From NCBI RefSeq assembly GCF_006345805.1, contig NC_043022.1, forward strand, positions 13,516,001 through 13,580,000: DNA of 64,000 nt. Direction: 5' to 3'. The notes below the pieces were generated by a model. The model saw only the letters and a list, made by a program, of their open reading frames with translations, did no database searches and was not told the DNA's origin. A program made the translations under genes and the position numbers. Every line of letters begins with the position of its first letter. Positions within the stretch are counted from its first letter, which is position 1. Source of the DNA: Octopus sinensis (taxonomy: Eukaryota). This document shows, one piece after another, positions 52,582 through 64,000 of this stretch.

Positions 52582-53990
52582 CTGTTTCAACACATGACTT
52601 CACATAAAAAGTCTTGCACAACAAATATATAAACGTACTGTTCTACTCAATCCTCTACTCTTTCTCTCTTAGTCTATCTATCTATCCGCTCAGTCGAAGT
52701 CGACTCTCGGTCACTCGTTGGATCAGTGTCCTCCAGCCAGTTCTATCCTGGGCCGCTTCTTTCAGACTGGCTATGTCCATTCCCGTATCCCTCTTGATGG
52801 TGTCAAGCCAGCGGGTTCTTGGTCGGCCTCTTGCCACTGACCATTCCGAGCATGATGTCCTTCTCCAGGGATTTTCTCCGCATAATATGACCAAAATTTG
52901 CATTGTCTCTCTTAGTAATGGTTGTTAATTGGGACATAAGACCAGCAGAGAATTAGTCATTTCTATCAACCTCAGTATGTGACTGGTACATTTTATCCAC
53001 CCTGAAAGAATGAAAGGGTGAAATTGCCTCACACACACACACATTAATTAGAAAACAAAATAATGTTTCCCTTCATATAATACCTCATTGGCCACATTTT
53101 AATTGCTAAAAAAATTCTTTAAATTTTATTCACCATGGGACAGGCACACTTGTGGTTAAGAAACTCACTCTGCAACCACATGATGTCAGGTTCAATCCCA
53201 CCTCGTGTTACACTGGGCAAGAGTCTTGTACTATAGTTCCATGTTGATTAATGACTTGTAAATAAATTTGGTAGATGGAAACTATGTGGAATCCTGTAGT
53301 GTGTGTGTGTTTGCATCAGTTTCTGTGTTTGTCTCCCCCACTGCTTGGCAACCTGTGTTGGTTTGTTTACATCAGCATAACCTAGCATTATGTCAAAGAA
53401 GAATTTGCACCAAACTTAAATAAAAACATAACTACTAGGGGTCAATTTCTTTGACGGCAACCCTTCAAAGTGGTGCCCCAGCATGGCCACATTGCAATGA
53501 CAAACAAGTAAAATATAAAGAAAATAAAGACAGCATTTTGTCTGCTTCTTTTTGGATCCTTACTGTCTCTTCCCTGGCGGGGGGGGGGCTGCTCCCCTAT
53601 TCCCTTGAGAAACACTGCTATAATAGAAGATTAAGGAACCAGTCAGGTGGAAGGGAAACTTTTTAGTTAGGGGCAGGGACCAATTGTAACTCTACAAGTA
53701 TCTGTGAAGACATCTATTGAGAACATTTACGATTCCTTAATTTTACAAATCTACAGGTACACAATTTCTATTAAATTAATGTCTTCGCTTTAACCCCTTT
53801 TGTTACCATATTTTTGTAGAAATATCTCTGTTTCTGTCAGTTTTCAATATAATGAAGAATTTTGTGAAATAACAGGAATTATGAAGTTTTTATTTGGAAC
53901 ATAAATTGACATGAAATTTTGATGGAAGATTCTTATTTAGATCACTTTAACTCTTTTGCTACCATATTTCTGTTGAAATACAATGTCTCT

Positions 53991-54480
53991 TTATGTACAT
54001 TATTTACATTTGACGGATATTTGTCCTCATCTTGTTTGTTGTTAACACAACGTTTCGGCTGATATACCCTCCAGCCTTCATCAGGTGTCTTGGGGAAATT
54101 TCAAACCTGGGTTCTCATTCTTAAGGTATTTTTCGATGTTGTTATTATTATTATTATTCAGGTCATTGCCTGAAATCAAACTCAGAATCTTGAGGTTAGT
54201 AGCCCGCGCTCTTAACCACTACGCCACATGCCCGTATTGGTTGAGATCATGGGCTACTTACCCCAAGATTCTGAGTTCGATTCCAAGCAGTGACCTGAAT
54301 AATAATAATATCGAAAAATACCTTAGGAATGAGAACTCAGGTTCGAAATTTCCCCAAGACACCTGATGAAGGCTGGAGGGTTATATTAGCCGAAATGTGT
54401 TAACAACAAACAAGATGAAGATAAATATCCGTCTAATGTAAATAATGTACATAATTCCACATCTCTTAAATATAGAACTG
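53991..54480. mobile_element. Head-to-head palindromic element: tRNA-like head, (AAT)n and hammerhead-bearing tail; 12-bp TSD
   Basis: Arms about 53991-54235 (-) and 54234-54480 (+); TSD tacaatgtctct at 53979-53990 and 54481-54492. Confidence 0.88.
54044..54089 (-). ncRNA. Minimal hammerhead ribozyme-like motif (Penelope type)
   Basis: GACAC-CUGAUGA-A-GGCUG(gagggUAUAU)CAGCC-GAAA-C-GUU-GUGUU, with a palindromic ACGU mini stem III. Confidence 0.65.
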
Positions 54481-55102
54481 TACAATGTCTCTGTTTTTAT
54501 TACTTTTTAACCCTTTAGTGTTCGCATTATTCTACCAAAATTAATCCTTTTTCATCCATATTGTTTTGAACTAATTAGGCATTATCTTGTAGCTATGAGA
54601 TTATGATGAGGTAGCTGTTAATTTTTAAAACGATATTGTAGGGTTGGTGTGAGAGACCAGATATGGCCAGTTTGAACATAAAACAGGCAGAATGCTTTTG
54701 GCCGGATATGGCCAGTTTAAATGCTAAAGGGTTAAAATAATGAATAATTTAGTAAAATAACCTAGTTGTTATTAACTCGTTAATGTTCAGATTCCTCTCT
54801 CAAATGTGATGCTTATTTATTCACATTGTTTTGAATCAATCATGCATTCTCTTGTGGCCTTTAGACTTCAGTAATGTAAATGTATATATACTCTTTTACT
54901 CTTTTACTTGTTTCAGTCATTTGACTGCGGCCATGCTGGAGCACCGCCTTCAGTCGAGCAACTCGACCCCGGGACTTATTCTTTTTGTAAGCCCAGTACT
55001 TATTCTATCGGTCTCTTTTTGCCGAACCACTAAGTGACGGGGACGTAAACACACCAGCATCGGTTGTCAAGCAATGCTAGGGGAAAAAAGACAGACACAC
55101 AA

Positions 55103-55133
<31 letters not shown>

Positions 55134-56504
55134 CACATATATACGACAGGCTTCTTTTCAGTTTCCGTCTACCAAATCCACTCACAAGGCATTGGTCGGC
55201 CCAGGGCTATAGCAGAAGACACTTGCCCAAGGTGCCACGCAGTGGGACTGAACCCGGAACCATGTGGTTGGTTAGCAAGCTACTTACCACACAGCCACTC
55301 TTGTGCCTATATATATATATATATATATATTTATTTACAATGGCAGTGAAGGTTGGTGTGAGAGGCCAGATCTGGTTAGTTTGAACACAAGACAAGTAGG
55401 ATATTTGGGCTGGATGTGGCCAGTTTCATCCTAAACCGTCATTGCACTTTCTGGCTGGCTTCCCTCAGGAGATCGACTGAGACTATGGATTTTACCAAAC
55501 CATCTCTTTCTTGATCGCCTGCCAGTTGGATTGGCTTGAAGAACTATCCTGTGATATTTTAATTATAAGTGAGGAGACCTCTGTGCTTGAGGAGACATAT
55601 TGAGTGAAGTACATCAGCATCAAAATATAAAAATCAAATGGAAATTGTAGTTGTGATACCCGTGCTGGTGGCATGTAAAAAACACTGTCCGAACATGGCT
55701 GCTGCCAGCATCGCCTTGACTGGCGTCCGTGCTGGTGGCACATAAAAAGCAACGACTACACTTATGGAGTGGTTGGCATTAGGAAGTACATCCAGCTGTA
55801 GAAACACTGCCAGATCAGACTGGAGCATACATATATATATATATGCATACATATATATATAGGACGCCATGATAGATCGTTAGCTCCTACACGCATTTTT
55901 TTCTCTCCTTGTTTTTTTCTGTGTATCTTTCTGTCAAAGAGCATAGGCTCGAAACATAAAAAACTTGTTCTATTTCTATTCCTGAGCGTTATACTAATAC
56001 ATTTGTTTGTTTGTACTCTACCTGCCTTCGTCTTTTGTTTATTTTCGTAAACTTTCTCTTTATATATATACTCTTTATATACTCTTTATATATATACTCT
56101 TTTACTCTCTTTTACTTGTTTCAGTCATTTGACTGCGGCCATGCTGGAGCACCGCCTTTAGTCAAGCAAATCGACCCCGGGACTTATTTTTTGTAAGCCC
56201 AGTACTTATTCTATCGGTCTCTTTTGCCAAATCGCTAAGTGATGGGGACGTAAACACACCAGCATTGGTGTCCCCCATGCTAGGGGGACAAACACAGACA
56301 CACAAACATATATATATATACATATATACGACAGGCTTCTTTCAGTTTCCGTCTACCAAATCCACTCACAAGGCATTGGTCGGCCCGGGGCTATAGCAGA
56401 AGACATTTGCCCAAGATGCCATGCAGTGGGACTGAACCCGGAACCATTTGGTTGGTAAGCAAGCTACTTACCACACAGCCACTCCTGCGCCATATATATA
56501 TATA

Positions 56505-59500
56505 TATATGTGTGCATAGAAGTCTGCATATTCCTTCTGCTCCCAACAAAAGACTATATGCAGAGGCCATGCGAACTGCAGCAGCTGAACAACAAATAGT
56601 GCATTACCTAACATGGATACAGAGGGTACAGAGTCAACACCATACAAACCACTATCCAAGACCACCACAAACGATGGATCCAGGATGGCCACCACTAACA
56701 CCAGAGACCCCTGCACAGATATCACACCCATATTCCTACTGAATATCTGGGGTCTATTACGGACAGGCGATAGAGACAAGTTTCTATACCTGGAAGACCT
56801 AGCTGCGTGCAATCAAGCGATATGCATGGTGCTTACCGAAATGCATCTAACATCTAACATAGAAGATGCGAAGATAAAAATACCAGAGGATGCTGTACTC
56901 CGAACAAACAGAAAAGATAGAAGTCATGGGGGAGTTGCAATGTACATCCGAAAAGATGTCACACCCCTACTACTCTTATCACGCTCAAACTCTGTCTGTG
57001 ACACTTTAATAGGACACATAAAACAAATTGATGTAGTTGTATGCTCAACATACCTATTTCTTTATTACCCACAAGGGGCTAAACACAGAGGGGACAAGCA
57101 AGGACAGACAAACGGATTAAGTCAATTACATCGACCCCAGTGCGTAACTAGTACTTACTTAATCGACCCTGAAAGGATGAAAGGCAAAGTCGACCTCGGC
57201 GGAATTTGAACTCAGAACGTAACGGCAGACGAAATACTGCCAGCTCACCGCCTTTGTATGCTCAACATACCGTCCGCCAAATATCTCAAAGGAGGAGGGT
57301 AAGTTTGAGGATAGCCTCAGACGCATAGAAGATGTCTTGACAAATCTGGACCAACACATTAATATACTTTTCCTAGGTGACTTTAACCTCCCAAATGTTA
57401 AATGGCCTGAAGGTCACATCCTCTCTGGGATGTCACTGCACAAACAAAGCCAGGCAAAATCTGTGTTAGAACTCTCGGACATGCTGTTCATGGAACAAGT
57501 GATACTCCAACGAACCAGGGGAAGCAATATTTTAGATCTCTGCTTCACAAATAATGTGAGCCTTATCCATAATGTGAAAGTAACACCTACATCTCTTTCA
57601 GATCATAACATTAAAGAATTAACAATGTGTGGTCCTAGACGACCCGCTGACACCCATCCCATCAGGAGGACTCAAGCTATATCCAACCTGAATTTCCACA
57701 GGGCAGACTGGAAGTCAATTCGCAAAGAGATTCAAAATCAAAACTGGCATGACAGCCTTTCTATACAAGACAATGACCTCAAAGTAAGTCATTTTATGTC
57801 AACCATACAAGATATATGCACCAAATATGTGCCAGAAGGAAAGGCCAATAGAATTCCTAGAGACAGGAAAATCCTTATGAGACACAGAACAAAGGTCTCG
57901 AACCAGCTGAATAGAGAACTGGGGGATAGTAAAAGGGCTAAATTAAAACTAACACTGTTAGAAATAGAAAACCAAATTAAACTCTCCCATGAAAAGGGAA
58001 GAGCGGAGAAGGAGAAGAGAGCAGTAGAAAGCATAAAAACAAACCCCAAGGCTTTCTATAGATTTGCAAAGGAGACTGCCACAGCACAGTACAAAATAGG
58101 ACCGACCCCTATTCCTGCCTAATGGCTCATTGACTGTGGACCCCAAATGGATAAGTGAAGTGCTCAGTGCGCAATTCAAGAGTGTTTTCACTTCTGTTCT
58201 GAGTCCCATGCAGGTAAAGAACCCAGCTGGTTTCTTTGACAATATCACCCAGAAGAAAAAAACTACATCCATTACCTACTTTGGCATTGAAGAAGAAGAT
58301 GTAATGGTGGCCATAAACGAAATGAGCTCAAATTCAGCAACTGGCCCCAATGGTTTCCCAGCTGTCCTTCTAAAGTCATGTCAGCAAGAATTAGCGGGAC
58401 CACTCCGGATACTCTTCCAGAGTTTCCTTGCAAGTGGTGTAAACTTCCCAAAAAGCTGAAGGAAGGCATCATATGTCCTCTTCATAAAGGTGGAAGCAGG
58501 GCAGAAGCTGGGAACTACAGGCTCATCTCTCTGACTTCACATTTTAGTAAAGTCACGGAACGAATTGTCAGAAGGAGGCTCATTGTGTTCCTAAAAGAAA
58601 ATGACTTGCTGAATTAGACCCAGCATGAATTAGACCCGACTGGCCTCCGTGCCAGTGGCACGTAAAAAGCACCATCCGATCGTGGCCGTTTGCCAGCCTC
58701 GTCTAGCACCTGTGCAGATAAAAAGCACCCTCTATACTCATGGAGTGGTTGGCGTTAGGAAGGGCATCCAGCTGTAGAAACACTGCCAGATCAGACTGGG
58801 CCTGTCACAGACTTCTGGCTTCCCAGACCCCAGTTGAACCGTCCAACCCATGCTAGCATGGAAAGCGGACGCTAAATGATGATGATGATAAGGATGGCTT
58901 CCGTCCAGTTAGAAGCTGCCTCACGCAGCTCTTGCAGCATTATGACTGGGTCTTGAAGCAGCTATTTGGCCAATCAAATGTTGATGCGATATATCTCGAC
59001 TTTGAAAAGGCCTTTGATAAAGTTGACCATGGCATGATATGTCACAAGCTGCAAAATCTTGGCACAGCTGGTAAATTAGGGGAGCGGCTGCATGACTTCC
59101 TGAATGGTAGAAGTCAGACAGTTGCAGCCAATGGAGAATTATGTAGGGAAACGCAAATATTGAGCGGTGTTCAACAAGGGACTCTGCCGGGGCCACTACT
59201 GTTCATAGTAGCCCTTCTGGACATGCCCACGGTCACTTGGACAGGCATTGTCACTAGCTATGCTGATGACACAAAACTATCTCAGGCAATAAAGAATCCT
59301 GATGGTGTCATACACCTGCAGAATGACCTAAATGCAATATACAGGTGGGCAGAGCAAAATAATATGTGGTTCAATGTTAAAAAATTTCAAGTTCTACGCT
59401 ACAAGGCCACAAGTGCCCCCCAACTGCCATACACAGGACCTGGAGGTACTGCAATCCCAGAAGCACAAACAGTGAGAGACCTGGGCATCAACATGTGTAG

Positions 59501-59515
59501 TGATGCATCATTTCA
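56505..59515 (+). mobile_element. Decayed CR1/L2-group LINE (APE endonuclease plus RT) with two nested insertions
   Basis: LNIWGL, LTEMHL, GGVAMY, LGDFN, LDLCFTN, SDH, NYRLISLTS, YLDFEKAFDKVDH, SGVQQG and YADD motifs. SINE B at 57055-57253 and RTE 3' UTR at about 58638-58890. Confidence 0.93.
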
Positions 59516-59519
59516 CAAG

Positions 59520-60060
59520 TTTACAAGTGGTTTTCCATGTTTTAAGGAATGGTCATATGTTGCTTGAAGACCAACCTCTTTCAGGACAACCATTGACCTC
59601 CTGAACAATTGACAAACATGTTGATATGACTGGTGTGTCCCGGAGCTCCTGCCAACGAAGTTTAGGTGAGGAATTGTGAATGAAAAAAGTTGCATCAAAA
59701 TTTGTGCCTTGCTGGCTCACGGAAGATCAAAAGCAGTCACAAATAAATCTGGTTGTGAACAGAAAGAACAGTTGGAAGTTGATCTGGACCTTTTTCTTTT
59801 TGAAGGTCATCACTGATGACGAAAGCTGTTGCCATGGAATTTGCAGATGTGGAAGAGGTGATGAAAAAAATGACAGAGGCATTAAAAGGCATCACTTTGC
59901 AAGGGTTCTCGGACTGCTTCGAACAGTGGGGAAATATGTCTGAATTGATGCATTGCTTCAAATGGAGAATACTTTGAAGGGGATAAAAGGGAAAACATGT
60001 AAAACGAAGTGAATGAAATAATATTGCAAAATTCCAGTTTCTTTTGGATACCCCCTCATA
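59520..60060 (+). mobile_element. Internally deleted mariner remnant
   Basis: KVASKFVP.WLT and KVITDDES motifs; right TIR-like ttccagtttcttttggataccccctcata. Confidence 0.75.
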
Positions 60061-60323
60061 TTTACACACACACACAATCAGAGAGTGAGAGAGTTTTGCA
60101 TGTGTGTATATGTATGTACATATATATTTATACCTGATGTGTGTGTGTGTATCTATCTACCTATCTATTTATCTATTTGTCTATCTATCTATCTGTCTAT
60201 CTATCTATCTATCTGTCTGTCTATCTATCTCTCTGTCTGTCTATCTATCTGTCTGTCTATCTATCTCTCTGTCTGTCTGTCTATCTATCTATCTGTCTGT
60301 CTCTCTGTCTATCTATCGATCTA

Positions 60324-60354
<31 letters not shown>

Positions 60355-60774
60355 GTCTGTCTATCTATCTATCTGTCTGTCTCTCTGTCTGTCTATCTAT
60401 CGATCTATCTGTCTGTCTGTCTGTCTGACTATCTATCTATCTATCTATTTGTCCAAAGTACTGGAAGAATAGAAAAAGAGTCTATCGAATGCAGCACTCG
60501 ACTCAAGCTTGAGGTTGTTTATACTCTTGTATCGTAGTCTTAAGTTAAATTGATATCCGTCAGGTGTAGAAAATCCAGGTGTAACATCAATAAAAAAAAA
60601 AACCAATATGTGGGTTTAGTAAAGAGTAAGATATAATAATTGAAATAAGAAGACAAAGAAAGAGCCTATCAGATCTTCAACGACCAGTTATAAATGTTTC
60701 TGTAACTATTCTGTTGAGGAAACTTTGGTAAATGTTGCATAACTTTTATGTCCAATGGCGTTAAAAACAGACTT

Positions 60775-61182
60775 ACTCTTTTACTTGTTTCAGTCATTTG
60801 ACTGCGGCCATGCTGGAGCACCGCCTTTAGTCGAGCAAATCGACCCCGGGACTTATTCTTTGTAAGCCCAGTACTTATTCTATCGGTCGCTTTTGCCGAA
60901 CCGCTAAGTGACGGGGACGTAAACACACCAGCATTGGTTGTCAAGCAATGCTAGGGGGACAAACACAGACACACACACATATACACACACATACTTACAC
61001 ATATATATATACATATATACGACAGGCTTCTTTCAGTTTCCGTCTACCAAATCCACTCACAAAGCATTGGTCGGGCCGGGGCTATAGCAGAAGACACTTG
61101 CCCAAGATGCCAAGCAGTGGGACTGAACCCGGAACCATGTGGTTGGTTAGCAAGCTACTTACCACACAGCCACTCCTGCACC
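60775..61182 (-). mobile_element. SINE family A; similar minus copies at 37713-38115, 54893-55307 and 56100-56490
   Basis: Full head, core and tail. Confidence 0.88.
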
Positions 61183-62097
61183 TAGACTTGGTGCAGAAAC
61201 GATTGTAACTAGTCATAAAAGGTGTGATAAATTGTTTTATTCTTCTTCATTGTGATATTTATCTATTTATCTGTCTGTCTCTACATGTTTATTTATCTAA
61301 GAGTGAAGCTATGTATACATCTATCTATCTAGCAAGGATGGCCCTTTTGAATGACGAAGCCACCTTCAGCGTGATCCTATGAACCCAGAAAAATTTAAAA
61401 CAGGGACTTACTTACTTGCAAATAAATGTGTTAACATGTGACATTATTGACCGAGGTTACCGTGGTCTTTTCCGTAGGATTTTCTTTCCACGGATAAACC
61501 TTATCAGTTTCCCCCTTTACACTTTACATCATGACATTTCTGTGATACACGATCCCTATTGATGTTTTTTTTTCCTTTCCTCTTTACGATCCCTTTTGAT
61601 CGAAAACCTACCCCACCTTTTTTTGTTTTCTCCCCAAAAAGAAAAGCTCTACTTTGTAATTTGCCTCATCTATGTTCAGCCCTGTGTGGCTAATAAACAT
61701 ATCTTCTATCTATCTATCTACCTACCTACCTATCTATCTGTCTACCTATCTATCTATCTACCTACCTACCTATCTATCTGTCTATCTATCTACCTACCTA
61801 TCTATCTGTCTATCTATCTATCTATCTATCTACCTATCTACCTATCTATCTATCTGTCTGTCTATCTATCTATCTACCTACCTACCTATATATTTATCTA
61901 TCTACCTACCTACCTATCTATCTATCTACCTACCTTTCTATCTATCTATCTATCTACCTATCTATCTATCTACCTACCTATCCATCTATCTATCTGTCTA
62001 TCTATCTACCTATCTACCTGTGTACCTACCTATCTATCTATCTACCTACCTATCTGTCTATCTATCTATCTATCTACCTACCTACCTACCTACCTAC

Positions 62098-62133
<36 letters not shown>

Positions 62134-63093
62134 TTATCTATCTATCTTATATATCTATCTTTGTTTCACTTTATCTATGTATGCATTGTTCTATCTGTCT
62201 GTGTTAATCTACCTATGTCTCTCTCTATATCTGTCTGTGTGATGAAACACGAGAAGGCAAATGTCAGAATTAGACGCGTATTATTGTCATCACAGTAAAT
62301 TCATTTACTTCATTCAGGGCAACAAACGAAGATAAGCAACAAGCCCTATTTACTAAGTTGCCGGACTATATCACCCTCGGTATTTAGTTAACTCCCTTAC
62401 CTATTCTCTTGAAAATTTCGCCTCACCTTCGTCTTTCTTCGAGAAATTAATTAATTAAATTAGTACCATTAACAATACTGCATTAACAGACACCAATAAT
62501 GAAATATATCTCTTATAACTTAGAGAAAACGTTATTACCTTTGTGAAAGTTTGAAACGTGCCGGAGTAAATGTAATGATGAATGCCGAACTAAATGTCTT
62601 AAGCTATTTAATTATGTCCCTTTGTTCTTTTTAGCTTTTTTTATTTATATATTTTAGTTCTCTTTAGTTTTTGCTTTTCCATATAATATGTGGAGAAAGG
62701 GATTTATAAATTAATTAGCGGTCATTAATATGATAGATTGGATTAATAGTCGCCACAAACGTATTCTTGACCTTGCCCCAAAATAAGAAAGCATTTAATG
62801 AAGAAAGTAAAAGTTATTACGGATGCCATGGAATGAGAGAGAACCATACGAGATCTGTTGCGGGGGTTTAAATATCTGGGAGTTATTTTTTTCTTTTTCT
62901 AATCACTTCCTTGCTGGAAATAAACTTCTTCTCATCCAGAATGGTTTAAATAAATACTAATACTTAATAATGATTATAATAAAGAATAATATAGGAAGAG
63001 GTCGATTGGCAAATATATATTTTTGTCCTATGGCATCGGGCATTTGTAGAATGGTGCAAACAGATGCCTTCTGTGTATACACACACACGCGTG

Positions 63094-63094
<1 letters not shown>

Positions 63095-63125
<31 letters not shown>

Positions 63126-63210
63126 TGTATGTATGTATGTATGTATGTATGTATGTATGTATGTATGTATGTATGTATGTATGTATGTATGTATGTATGT
63201 ATGTATGTAT
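63095..63210. repeat. (TATG)n microsatellite
   Basis: Directly visible. Confidence 0.97.
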
Positions 63211-63872
63211 GTGTGTGTATATATATATATATGTGTGTGTGTGTGTCTCTCTATATATATATATATGTGTGTGTGTGTCTATATATATATATATATATAA
63301 GACGAGAAATGAATGAAAAATAACACTCGAAGTAAACTTATGGAGGTGTTAATTTCATTATTTTTATTATAAAAAGATATCAAAAAGTTCGTATGTTGGC
63401 ATATGAACCATACTTTTACGCACTTCATTAATGACTGGAAGCTGCCTACACACACACACACATACACGCACATACACGCACGTACACAATGCTTCATGTA
63501 CGTGTTGTGTTGAAATGCGAGAAATAGCAGCCAACTGCCCCTCAAATCTCGGATCAAAACACCATTCTCTTAGAAATGGTTGGGGGTCGTTGGATTACTT
63601 GTATTATGCGGTCTTACGTAGGAATTTCGAACGAAAATTAAATGGAAAATAAATATAAAGAAAAAGAACCCGGATTGGGTGTAGATGGCTAAAATGTCTG
63701 AGTTTAATCATAGGTGTGTTGGTGTGTTTCATTAAAACTAAGAAAAATTAGTGTTAAATAAATCGTCGTTTCCATTTTTTGTTGTGTATGTATGTTTGTA
63801 AAGAAAAAGAAACGGACATAAGTATTTGTGAGTGTATATATATATATACACACACACATATATATATATATA

Positions 63873-63916
<44 letters not shown>

Positions 63917-64000
63917 TGTATTCTAAAACGTTGTTTAGCTTTGAGCTCGACACTTGATCGAACATACCTATCTACGATCAAAGGTTTCCAACCGTGTCCC

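Noticed and set aside
62318-62379. Possible plus-strand exon ATNEDKQQALFTKLPDYITL
   Set aside because: Weak donor, unrecognised peptide, and a competing minus-strand donor nearby.

Overview
Repeat-dense, AT-rich animal genomic DNA; the SINE/LINE families and microsatellite load suggest an octopod cephalopod (inference, not verified by search). One host gene is confidently identified: the first two coding exons of SF3B4 (SAP49) on the minus strand (4037-4004 and 383-300), with the rest of the gene off the left edge. A few minus-strand exon candidates of a second, unidentified gene lie at about 6.3, 11.8 and 28.3 kb. The rest is mostly mobile DNA: several tRNA-derived SINE families, RTE-clade LINE fragments with a VNTR-bearing 3' UTR, a decayed CR1/L2-group LINE, a Tx1/L1-like fragment, a near-intact DD37D (maT) transposon, decayed Tigger and mariner elements, TTAA-flanked MITEs, minisatellites and a 1.9-kb SINE-mediated tandem duplication. 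Most interesting: several unrelated short repeat families carry minimal hammerhead-ribozyme-like motifs of the Penelope-like-element type. One is a TSD-flanked head-to-head element joining a tRNA-like Pol III head to a hammerhead-bearing tail (53991-54480). Also notable are a Ser codon (AGT) at a normally Gly position of SF3B4 that A-to-I editing would restore, and a pre-miRNA-like hairpin at 47314-47389. Element boundaries were read by eye and many are approximate.
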